The notes under the pieces: generated by a model
Told to the model about the DNA's origin: nothing
What the model saw: the letters and a program-made list of their open reading frames with translations, nothing else
Databases searched by the model: none
Position numbers and translations under genes: made by a program
Assembly (NCBI GenBank): GCA_964016885.1
Contig: OZ024757.1
Location: 27,714,001 to 27,778,000 of the forward strand
DNA length: 64,000 nt
Direction: 5' to 3'
From: Eledone cirrhosa
Taxonomy: Eukaryota
Shown: piece after piece, positions 28,661 to 42,000 of the stretch
Layout of the letters: each line of letters opens with the position of its first letter
Position numbering within the stretch: the first letter of the stretch is position 1

Positions 28661-29117
28661 GCTCACCCCTCCACGTTTGATATCTAACAGGCCTATCTGT
28701 CCATGCTAAGCAGGCGTGGGTGGTTGGATAGGAGTGCTTCCATGGTCCCATATTTAACTCTGGCCATTGGTACTGAGGAGGAATTCTCAGTACCAATGGT
28801 ACTCAGAATGGAAAGAGCTAGAACAGATAACGTCACATCTGACGCTCTAACACTTCCCCCAATCTACCACAGTAGTAAACTGGTACTTTATTTTATCGAT
28901 CCCTATTATTTTGTTTTGCCATTCTTATTTTACTCCTTTCTAGTTCAACCTATATTTCCTATTTTCTTTTTATCAGCTTCTTCAATACATTCTTAGTTAT
29001 ATGTATCACAACTTTTCATATAACCTATACTATCCTGAACAATATATATTTTGAAACTGACTTTTTGAAAAAAAGAAAACCACTTCCAAGCTCCCCTTTC
29101 ACTGCAAAAAAAATTTT

Positions 29118-29265
29118 TTATTCTTCTTGTTTTATTTTCTTGGCTGGTATTTCATCAGTGTCATCTTCTTTTTGTTCTTTCTTGATTAAATTTGGTTCTT
29201 TAATATCTTTGGGTTCTTTCTTTGGTATCTTCTTTAACCAACTCTCTAGAGCAGTCTTTGGTTTT
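29118..29265 (-). CDS. HMCES: HMCES last coding exon: [19 protein letters not shown]...PAKKIKQEE*
   Basis: Polypyrimidine acceptor ...gttatccag; in frame to TAA at 29118; LESWLK resembles the human LLEQWLK C-terminal motif. Confidence 0.85.
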
Positions 29266-32200
29266 CTGGATAACAGATAGGAGAGAAAGAAACAACACAT
29301 CATATAAATATATATATATATATATAATATATGTTAAGTTATATTGGAATTTACCAATATATGTCCCGATAAAAATTATAGAAGCTCAATGCTAATCAGT
29401 ATCATTGGTCAATCAGTAATCCAAAAGGCAGAATGATTTTTCAACCTACATAGACTATGTTATGGACAGTTATGGCACAAACTGCAGAGCTCAAAATTTA
29501 ATAAAATAAGAATGAATAACCAGTTTAGACTTACAACGTGATTTTAACTCTATGAATGTTTCAATGTATATATATATATTTCAATGTATATATATATATA
29601 TATTTCAATGTATATATATTTTGGAAGATAACTTATCAAAAATGGCTTAAAAACATTGATGGTTGCATAAATATGGAAAAGATAGGTAAAAGCTAAATTA
29701 AGTAATGAGAAAAAGGGCAGTAAAGAAGGGCAGATCTGGCTGTATGGAAAGTGGAGGAAAGGACTATAAATGCCATAAATGAGAGGAAAAGGTGTGGGAA
29801 GGGGAGAGGGTGATGAGCTATGAGCCTAGGGCGGGGTGGTGTTAGGGTGCATCCCATGGACAAAAATGATGATGGACAGTTTTAGCTGTCCATCATCATT
29901 TAAACATCATTTAAAATGGATAGTTTTATGTTATAGAACCAAGGGAGGTTTTAGGTTTGTTGGCATCAAAAGGGTTAAAATACTTGTTGCTGTTGTTGTT
30001 GTTATTGATGTTGTTCGTTTGAGACATATCTGATATTCAAGTAGGAATGTTGTTGTCAGTACTTACTTCATATCCATTGGTTTTATACATTCAGGGCTGT
30101 TGTTGCGTGAGTTGTTGACAACAGTTGACACTGGATAAAAGTCAATACATTCTTGTGACTTGATTAACTTCACAGCCTGTTGAAAATAATCATTTTACAT
30201 GGTAATTAGTACACACACACACATATAATAGTAGAACACTGGCATGTTATAGCCATAGTAGTAGAGCACTCAGTCCATGGGACGAGTTTAGTAGAGGTAG
30301 TTCCACAACAGTTAGTTTACCATACCGAGAACAAATGTTTCACCTTATTCAGATCCTCTTTTCAGACCGAGCTGAGGATCCGTGTAAGGTGAAACATTTG
30401 TTCTTGGTGTGGTGAGCTACACATATATAGAGAGTTAGTTCCACAACAAAATAGCAAACCATACTCAAGAATGCATGTTTCACTGGGCAGATTTTCAACC
30501 AGGGTTGAAAATCGACACGGTGAAACGTGCGTCCTCGAGTATGGTTTCCTAATTTGCTATGGAACTAACTCTATACCGAAATCATCCTCTAGACTGAGTG
30601 CTCTACTTATTATGGATATAACCTCCCGTTTTTTTACCACTATATATATATCATTATTTTCATCATCATCATTTTACGTCCACTTTTCCCTGCTTGCAAG
30701 GGTGGGACGGGAACTGATTCTGGCTTGATTTCTACAGCTGGATGCCCTTCCTAACACCAACCTCATTTACAGTGAGTGCTGGGTGCTTTTTTGCCATGGC
30801 ACCTCCACGACCACTTTGCAGTGGAATGAGATGATAGGGACTGGGGTCCCTATCATCTCATTTCTACAGCTGTGAAATAAAGTGTTTTGCTCAAGGAAAC
30901 AACACATCACCTGGTCTGAGAATTGAACTCACAACCTTTCGATTGCAAAGCCAATGCTCTAACCACTAAGCCATGTGCCATATACATATATATATATAAA
31001 TGAGCAGGACTAAAAAGCCACGTCCATGATGCTCATGCTTAAATATCAAGCGATGGCATTACTCGAAAACGAGTTGCAGCCATACTCATATATATATATA
31101 TGTATGATGTATATATATATATGTGTGTGTATTTATATATATATATATGTTTGATGAATTTTTGATAGAACAACACTAAGTTGAATAGACTAAATGAAAG
31201 CAAAGAAGAATTTGGTTAGAATGTTTGAACTTACATCTTTAATGGGAACTGATCCAAAATCCAGCCATTGTTCAACTTCTTCATCTGTACTGAGAATAGC
31301 CTAAGTGAATATAATATAAATGTAGTTAATATATGGGACGTGGGTATGTGTGTAGGTATGTAAGATGTATTTGTACATATGTATGATGTATGTACATGTG
31401 TATGTGTGTATGTATACATATAGTCCACCAGCATCATATAGTAAAGAGAGGGTTACAACAATGAATGGGTCATATAGTAACTAAAGAGTTATAAGGTAAT
31501 GGAAGGGTTATATGGTCACTAAAAGGTTTATATTATAATGAAAGGGTCAAACAGATGGGTAATGGGAAGATGTTCATTTCAGATTGTATCATCATCATCA
31601 TCATCATTTTACGTTCGCTTTTCTCTGCTTGCAAGGGTGGGACGGGTCCTAGTCAGCACAGCATCTCTCCACTTGTCACAACATAATAAGATATGGGCGG
31701 AGGTGGTGAGAGCTGACCTCAGATCATTGAAGCTCACAGAGGAGATGATAAAGGACCGTGATGAATGGAGAGATGCTATGCTGAAGAGGACCCGTGCCAC
31801 CCTTGCAAGCTGGGAAAAGTGGATGTAAAATCATGATAATGATAATAAATGGAGAGAGAATGACCAAGTTTACTTAAAACATTATTTTAATCCTACATAC
31901 ATTTCAATATATAATGGCAGGCCATACTACAACATACACAAGGCATTTGTCCATTGGACGACATATCCTATATATATATGTATATATTTACATATTTACA
32001 AAAACAACTTGATAAAATAAATCAAATAAAAATCTTTACCGGCATTCTATGGTGTATATCTGCTGTGGCAGAAGATGCTGGCACAGTAACGACACTGTAG
32101 CTGTAGAGAATCTCATCTTTTGACTGGAAAATACACAAAATATAGAAATATGTAGTAAATATGAGTTCCCAGCCAACCAAAAGGGACAAAATAAAATCAG

Positions 32201-34396
32201 AAAATTAACAGTGGACAATTAACCCTTTAACATATACATTACTCTATATAACTGTTGTATTTTTTTGGTAAAGGCTTTATCTTACATAATTATTTCACAT
32301 AAGTATCAGCAGCCAGTTACAGCCAGTTTAAACAGAAAAAGTGAGAGAATTATGGCCAGATACGGCCGGTTTAAATGCCAAATGGTTAAATCAACCGTAT
32401 CCGGCCAGAATTCTCTCACCTCTTTCTGTTCAAACCGTCTGTAATCAGCCACTCATACCGACATTAAGGTATTCTTCTCAAAATTGATAATATCAAAATC
32501 TCATAGATTTGATATTATGATATAGAGTAATGTAAATGCTAATGGGTTAAGATCAATATATTAATAGTGTGTGTTAAAACAATTAGACTAAAACAAAAAC
32601 CAAACATACATCACTTGATCTACGAATGTCGAATACTCCAGCCATCCTGAGAAGGGGTTTGCTTGGTTTCACATCTGAAAATAGAAAGTATGTGAGGGGG
32701 TGTAGGTACAAGTAGATATGCATATATTCACATACACACACAGACAGACAGACACACACACACACACACATATACAATAAATTTGGTTAATTTGTGAATT
32801 TATATGCTTACCACTTGTGGTTTCTTTGCTGTCTTTCTGTAGATCATCTTCAGTTTTAACTTCACATTTTGGAGAGAGCCCTTCCTCTTTGACACCCTCT
32901 TCTGGTTCCAGTTTAATATCAGGTTTCACATCCTCTTCTGGTTCCAGTTTAATATCAGGTTTCACGTCCTTCATTTGTTGTGTTATGAAGTAAGGTTGTT
33001 TCGTTTGGCCGCTCTTCTTCCATTCATAGTATCTGAAAGACATATAACAGAACTGTATGTATGTATATTTATATATATATATATATATATATATAAATGA
33101 TGACTGCCCTCTCGTTATCAAGTATGGCCATTGCATGATATACCATTATTAATAATTATTAATTAATTCTATCGTGTGACCACCAATCTAACCCATGCAT
33201 GCATGGAAAAATAGACATGTGATGATGATGATGATATATATGTGTGTATGTGTGTATATATATATATAATAGCAGAAGACTGGAGGGTTATATCCGTTGT
33301 AGTAGAGCACCCAGTCCATGGGACGAGTTTGGTAGTAGTAGAAGTAGTTCCACAACAGTTAGTTCACCATACTAAGAACAAATGTTGGTGTTGGAAGTGT
33401 TGTTTTTGGTGGTGGTGGTGTTGTTGGTGATGATGGTGGTGGTGGAGGTGTTGGTGTTGGAGGTCTTAGTAGTATTGGTGGTGTTGTAGTTGTTGGTAGT
33501 GATGTTGGTGGTGAAGGTGCTGTTAGTGATGATGGTGGTGTTGTAGTTGTTGATGGTGATGTTGAGGGTGTTGGTGGTGGAATTGGAGGTCTTAGTAGTG
33601 TTGGTGATGATGGTGGTGGTGTAGTTGTTGTTGGTGATGATGGTGGTGTAGATGTTGATGGTGATGTTGAGAGTTTGTTGGTGGTAGGGGTGGTATTGGA
33701 GGTGTTGGTGGTAGGGGTGGTATTGGAGGCAGAGTTTGGGGTAGTGTAAGTAAGATTGAAATGTAAATATTTATTGCTTTATCAGAAACAGTCATATAAC
33801 TATTATCTCCTGGTTGCTGGTGTTTTAAACTCTATCCCTGCACCATCACAACCAACACCACCACCACCAACATCAATCACCACTATTACCTCCACTGCCA
33901 CCACCACCAATACCTCAGCCAACACTATCACCATCACCCCAACCATCACTTCCACTTTCACCACTACCAGCACCACCACCACCATTGCTGCCACCACTAT
34001 CACTACCTCAGCCAACACTATCACCATCACCACCAACCACCACCACCACCACCTCCACTTTTACCACTACCAGCACCACCACCACCACCATTGTTGGCAC
34101 CACTACCACTGCCTCAGCCAACACTATCACCAACAACAACCACTGCCAACACCATCACCACTGCCAACAACCCTTAGTTCCACCACTGCCACCAACACCA
34201 TCATTAAAAAATCTTTTCTGTAGACTTGGTAGTACAGAATAAAGTGGGAGAAAGAAGAGATGACGGTGATGTTGATGATGGGAATGGTGGAAATAGTGGT
34301 GGGAGTGTGTGTGTGGGGGGGGGGGGGGGGAGAGAAGAAATGGGCTAAAGGTTATTCAATAGTATAGAAATGCCATTTAAGTGTGTGTGTGTGTTC

Positions 34397-34444
<48 letters not shown>

Positions 34445-35975
34445 CAGTCGATTGACTTTCATCAAATCGGACCGAGGAAACAATGTTTCCAATTGCTAAT
34501 ACTATCTACCGGTCAGAAATCCAGGCAGAAGGAGCAACATGAAATATAGTGTCTTGCTCAAGGACATAATGCATCACCTGGTCTGGGAATCGAACTCACA
34601 ACCTCATGATTGCGAATCCAATTCTCTAACCACTCAACCAGGTGCCTTTGCAATATATATATATATATATATATATTTCAAAGAGACTCTTACAGAACTA
34701 ATTCTGTTTCTTTAATGAAGAATTCATCTGAGAGGTTTTGGAACTTAAGGAATATGCCACGGTTCCAAAACAACACTTTCATGAAGATGTGTGGCCTAGT
34801 GGTTAGGATGCTGGGCTCACAATCATAAGGTCGTGGGTTTGATTATAATCATCAGACTGGATGGCGCATTCTGTCATTGAGCAAGGCACTTCATATTATC
34901 ATTTGAGTGAACTGGAGTAATGTGATGAGTACCAGTGGCAACTGGGGGAAAGGGGTTAGTCCTGCAACAGCCAAACACCTCACCCAGGGAAGAGTCTTGT
35001 ACTCTTAATTGCTTAACGCTTTAGCATTTACATTACTCTATATATACTATTGTATTTTCACGGTAAAGGCTTTATCTTACATAATATCTCGCATAATATT
35101 GAAGCTATGAGATATACCTTAACATCAATATGAGTGGCCAGTTACAGCCAGTTTGGTCAGAAGGATGTTAGAGAATTCTGACCGGATATGGCTGGTTTAA
35201 ATGCTAAAGGGTTAAGGCTTATGAAACTTGCATAAGCTTTAGTCTTTGAATAACTTATGCAAGCATGGACAAATAAACATAAAATGTTAGGATAACTAAC
35301 TCAGATGCGGAGGTGCGTGTCTTAGTGGTAAGGGTGTTGGACTTACGATAATAATGACAACCCCTGTAGTGCTAGTGCCATGATAAAATACACTTGGTGC
35401 ACTCTGTAGAGTGTGTGTGTGCGGCAGGGTAACCATATGTAAGCAAGAAGCAGGGGCACCCTGACCCGCCTGTGAGGCCAGTAGCTCCAATTAAATAATC
35501 ACTAGGAATGTGATGGCCAGTCCAACCCTTACTGGCAAGAACAACACGTATTAAATGAAGATGACGATGATGATGATGATGATGATGTTCTCTGGCAGAG
35601 ATTGAAATCTGAAACTTATATTATGTATATGGCTCCACTGACCTTATCCAATGTCAGATGTTAGGTTAAGGGTTCAAATCTGTTGAAAGTGGTATATTTG
35701 AAACAAGGAGGTTTATTTCTAAATGATGAACTTTCTAGCTTCAGAATTTTAGTATCATACTTTCACACATAGACAGATGGACACAGACATACACACACAC
35801 ACACACACTGAAACACAAATAGAAACACACCCAAGTGAAACAAACACTGTGCTTTCCTATATATATGTATGTGTCAGTGTGTATGTGTGGGGTTTCAGAC
35901 ACATATATATATATATATCATATCATCATCATCATTTTACGTCCGCTCTTCCCTGCTTGCAAGGGTATATATATA

Positions 35976-36012
<37 letters not shown>

Positions 36013-39000
36013 GCCGACAAATGTGTTACATAAAACTTAGGACACACAGACAACTAGTCAAAGTGTATGGGGACATACTAATATGTATGTATACATATAT
36101 ACACACACACAGGTATGTACATATAGGATCATACATACATATATAGGCACACACATGCACACATATACATGTACATACACACATACGTATACCAACATAC
36201 CTACAACCACACACACGTGTATATACGGCTACATATACATATATACATACAACAACACACACATGCACACACACACATGTACATACACACAACTACAAAC
36301 ATAGATATACATGTATGTATACACATATATATATATATATACAAATGTACATACAACCACATATGTACATATAGGATCATACATACATATATAGGCACAC
36401 ACATGCACACATATACATGTGCATACACACATACGTATACCAACATACCTACAACCACACACACGTGTATATACGGCTACATATACATATATACATACAA
36501 CACACACATGCACACACACACATGTACATACACACATACAACTACAAACATAGATATATATGTATGTATACACATATATATATATATATATACAAATGTA
36601 CATACAACCACACATGTACCTACACTCATACATATACAAACATGCATGCATATGTATATGCACACACATACATATACAAATATACATACAACCACACACA
36701 CATGTACATACACACATACGTATACAAACATACATACAATCACACATATGAATGTACACACAAGTACATATACTCGTGTATACACACATACGTATACAAA
36801 TATACATACAGCCCCACACACACAGAAAACTAATAATCCAAAATATATTAGCAATGACCTTTTTATCTTCTCAGGTTTCACCATTTTCACGCGCGCACAC
36901 ACACACACCCACAACTGCATCCCAAGCACAGACACACACACATAAACACACTGACACATAAACACATAAACACACTGACACACACACATGCTCTCACTAA
37001 ATAACCAACATACACAGATGCTCCATTATTTACAAAAGTCGTCTGTTGACATGTTTTTATCAGCAGAGAAGTTGGTAGATGCAACATTAACACACATACA
37101 CATACATATATTCACATACACACACACATACACTCATACATATATACACATACACACACACGCATACACACATACGCCCATACATATATACACATATACA
37201 CACACACACACACCCATACATGTATACACATACACACACTCATGTACACATACATATACACACACAGACATCCATGTACACATACATATATATACACATA
37301 TACACACACACGCCACCCATGTTCACATACATATATACACATACATACACGCCCATGTTCACATACATATATATATATATATATATGTATGTATATGTAT
37401 ATCTATATATGTGTGTGTGTAGGAAGAGGCTGTAGAGGAAGACCGCGAAAAACATGGGCGGAGGTGGCAAGAGCTGATCTCAGATCGCGGAAGCTCACAG
37501 AGGAGATGACGAAGGACCGTGACAAATGGAGAGATGCTGTTCTGCAGAAGACCCGTTCCACCCTTGCAAGCAGGGAAAAGCAGGCATAAAATGATGATGA
37601 TGATAATATATATACATACATATATATATAGTTCAAAATGACAAACAAACAAGGAGTCAATGATACATAGGGTTATTAGCTTTTATATATATATATACTC
37701 ATTTGAATTAAGGCTAAAAAATGAGTCTTGTTACTCTGGAGTTTCACTCTAGTGGATAAGGAAAATTGTTAGAGCATTGGACAAATGGTTTGTTATATTT
37801 GTTACAGTTCTTTATGTTAAATTCAAATTCTGCTGAGTTCAACATTTCTTTTCATCCTTTCAGTTGGGGGTTTGATAAAATTACATACCAGTGAAATTCT
37901 GGGGTCAATTTAATCAACTTTCCACTCCACTCCACCAAATTAATGAATGACCTTGTGGCTATATTAGAAACCGTTACATGTCAGTCTGTTGAATCAGGGT
38001 TAGCTTGAAGCTAAACCGCAACATACCCATAATGGTCAGACCATGGGTTAATTAAAACATGAAACACTTCAATGTTTACAACATAGTTAGCTCTATAGTT
38101 CAGTTGGTTAGAGGGTCAGTCAAGTATTCTCAAGGTTGAGGTTTCAAATCCCTCTGGGGCCTCTGTTAGATTAAAGTTTCTGGGGTGTTAGATACATAAT
38201 CTGTTGCTCAGTTTAACACAAACTCCTGGCCTTCGTTGAGACCACTCTGTTGCAAGCAATCGACTAGTTCTTTGATTTGAGGATATTGTCTTCTCCCCCA
38301 GTAGCATCTTCCCTTCTCTCCCACACTAACCAGTAAAAAAAAAATAGGAATAAAAATGTATAAATTATCTTGAAAGAGATATTAACCCTTTAGTATTTAA
38401 ACCGGCTGTATCTGGCCAGAATTCTCTCACCTCTTTCTGTTGAAACTGGCTGTAACCAACCACCTATATTGACGTTAAGGTATTGTTCTCAAAATAAATA
38501 ATATCAAAATCATAGATTCGATATTATGTGAGATAATTATGTGAGGTAAAGCCTTTACTGTAAAAATACAATAGTAAATATAGAATACTGTAAATGCTAA
38601 ACGGTTAAGGATACTTTCTTCGCCCTCGCCAACCTCTACCTCACTAAACAAATATTAAAAATTAAAAAAATATAAATTTACTTGAAAGAGATATTAAAAT
38701 ACATTTTTCACAAAATAAGTTTTTTTTTGTAAAATTTATTTTTTCCAGAGATTCTGAAACTTCCAGTTTACCAATTTTGTGCATTATTGTCAGGCTTTCA
38801 TCAAACGAAGACTTTCAAGGTCTTACAAAGTCCTCACATAGCATTACCAATATCTACAAAGGCCCAGGAACCCTGAAGCTGTTAAATGAAACATGAAACA
38901 ACAATTTGAAATCTAAGAAAAAGAAAAAAAACAACTTTTTTTTAACTGACAGAACTGCTAAATATAGGTAACATGATGTAGTCATGATGGTGGTGAGGGT

Positions 39001-42000
39001 AGTGTTGGTGATGGGGGTAATGGTGGTTGTGGTGGTGATGGTGGTAGTAGGGTTGTATTTGAGCTGTTTTGAAATGATTTTATTTGAGATGAAATGAAAT
39101 ATTTTCTGGTTTTCTGCTGATTGCTTTGAAGTTCAGGGGAAGAAAAAGAAGGTGAGAGAGAATGAAAGAGATAGATAGATAGATAGATAGAGATAGAAAT
39201 AGGGAGCTATAAAGTTCACAATGTGGAATAAATTATTTTGTGGTGTGGAGGAAAAGCAGTCTAATGTTTCAGGTAATGATATATAGATTGATAAAGAAAT
39301 ATCTATCTATTAGTGTGTGTGATGCTTTAAAGAGATAGCAATGATGTGGTTACATTAATATCTATCAGTTAGTCTTAGTTAGGTAACTAAATAAAGGGGA
39401 AATAATGTAAGAAAAGACGGGTAGAAAGTGGATTGGTTAACCCTTTAGCATTTAAACCGGTTGTATCTAGCCAGAATTCTCTCACCTCTTTCTGTTTAAA
39501 CTGGCTGTAACCAGCTGCTCATACTGATGTTAAGGTATTGTTCTCAAAATAAATAATATCAAAATCTCGTAGATTCGATATTATGTGAGATAAAGCCTTC
39601 ACTGTGAAAATACAATAGTATATACAGAATAATTGTTTCTACTTTTGGCACAAGGCCAACAATTATCCCAGTACATTACTGGTACTTTATTTTATTGACC
39701 CCTTAAGGATGAAAGGCAAAGTTAACCCCGGCAGGATTTGAACTCAGAACATAAAGTATATACAGAATAATGCAAATGCTAAAGGGTTAAAGTTGTTAAG
39801 ATGTCAGATAGAATATTCTGCAATGTTTGTTCTGGTTCTCTTCACTCTGGGTCCAAATCCCACTGAATTTAACTTTGACTTTCATCCTTTCCTGGTTAGT
39901 AAATAAAATATCAATCTAGTATTGGAGGAGAATCTAAGTCTAATTAAGCCAGAAGACTTGTTAGACCAGTGCTTATCCTGGTTTTATGGCATGAAGCGAC
40001 TAAGTGTACAAGTATCCCCCCTGGACAGTACACAGTGTACAATATCTCTTTAGAAATATAGAAACATTGTAAGAAATGGGTTAAAGTAGAATTATTTCTG
40101 CTCATCTCTCTCCAACTCATTATTTAATCTGTAGCTTTACACAAAAACATTATCTTCATTTGAAATTCCCAACAGAAAAGATGGAGCCATCATTGCGTTA
40201 TATGTCATTAATTTATAAGTCACTGATATACTACACCTCATGTTTCTCTCTTTCTCTCCTTACTTTATCAGATTTACCAAATGAACTGGAAATAATAGGA
40301 TTTGGTTTATTGTTATTTAGGACTGTATTCTTCTTGTTTATTTGTTTTTTCTTTGTTTAGCTATTGTGTGTTTATTTTTATTTCCTGACTAAAAGTTATG
40401 TTTTCTGATTTCTCAGTTGGATTGCAGCCAATAAAATTTTCCAAATTTAGCAGCATTCAATTGTATTGATGATTCTTCACATTCTAACTCATATGCATGT
40501 ATGTGTAAATATGTATATACACATGTACATATGCATGTATGTGTAAATATGTATATACACATGTACATGTGTATGTGTATGTAAATGCGCGGAGACATAG
40601 AAATAGTTGGGCTGGATACCCAATCGTGCAGTTAAACCACAGGGAGTGAAGGACCCCTAGCCTTTGTCAGGGCATTCTTCTAGGAGAAGGCAACTCAGGA
40701 AACTGGGATGACTCCGATATAAAACCTGCGGCTCAGTAGTTACCGATTATGTTGATCTTTTCTTCTTTTCGGGTTACAGCTACTGTCACTTAGAGAGTGG
40801 GATTGGCTCAGTGCACAGTCTTTCCTCACTTTAAAAAATATCTTCACGCACAGACATTGCACGATAGAATTAATTAATAATTATTAATAATGGTATATCG
40901 TGCAATGGCCATACTTGATAACGAGGGGGCAGCCATCATGTGTGTGTGCATGTGTGTGTGTATGTGTGTTCTTCTGGTTTTATAATTTTATAAATTTTTT
41001 ACCACTTGAGAGAGAGATGGTTTCTAACATAGACACAAGACTCTCTCATTGGAATTTACACAACATCAACTAGGTAGATATGTCTGCATGCATGCATGTG
41101 TATGCAAGTATGGATGTTATTGTATGTGTGGATGTTATGTATGTATGTACATATGTACATGTGTGTGTGTGTGTCTGGTTTAGAACTAGGTACTCCCATG
41201 AATTACCTAACTTTTTCACAAGTAAGCTGATGTTCCAAATATTACTCAACAAAACTTAAATAAAATGATGATGGAAATATCAGCTTACTTATGAAAAGGT
41301 TGTGTAATTCATAGGTGTATGTATTCGAAACCAGATACACACACATATCCATCTATACATACATACATATATATATATGTGTGTGTGTGTGTGTAAAAAT
41401 ATATATACGACCATTTGTCCAATGTTCTGATGACATGACTCCACCAATTCAATGTTCTAATGAATAATAATAATAATTGTTTCTACTTTTGGCACAAGGC
41501 CAGCAATTACCTCAATGTATTACTGGTGCTTTATTTTATCGATCCCCGTAAGGATGAAAAGCAAAGCTAATCTCGATGGGATTTTAACTCAGAACGTAAA
41601 GGGCCGTAACTCTATGCTGCAAAGCATGTTGTCTGATGCTCTACCGATTCTACTGCCAATCCACTGCCAAATGAATAATAATAGTAATGATAATTTAATG
41701 AATTGAAGAAAATTTATTAAATAGAAAGAATAAACATCAATTTCGTATGTATATATGTATGTGTGCATGTATGTATACATGAATGTGTGTATAAAGGAAC
41801 GATCGACTTTCGTCAAATCGGTCGCGGAAACAATGTTTCCATTGGTCTTTCCAATTGCTAATACTATCTATCGGTCGCAACTCCAGGTAGAAGGAGCAAC
41901 CTGAAATAAAGTGTCTTGCTCAAGGACATAACGCATCGTCTGGTCCGGGAATCAAACTCACAACCTCACAATTGTGAATCCAATCCTCTAACCACTCAGC

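Noticed and set aside
33592-34242. Thr/His/Pro-rich mucin-like ORFs
   Set aside because: They arise from (ACC)n/(GGT)n low-complexity tracts inside an HMCES intron; no supporting splice or domain evidence.
40160-40490. Unique-looking intronic stretch with a plus-strand polypyrimidine/AG, possibly an antisense exon
   Set aside because: No recognisable protein in either direction, stops in neighbouring frames, and no partner exons identified.
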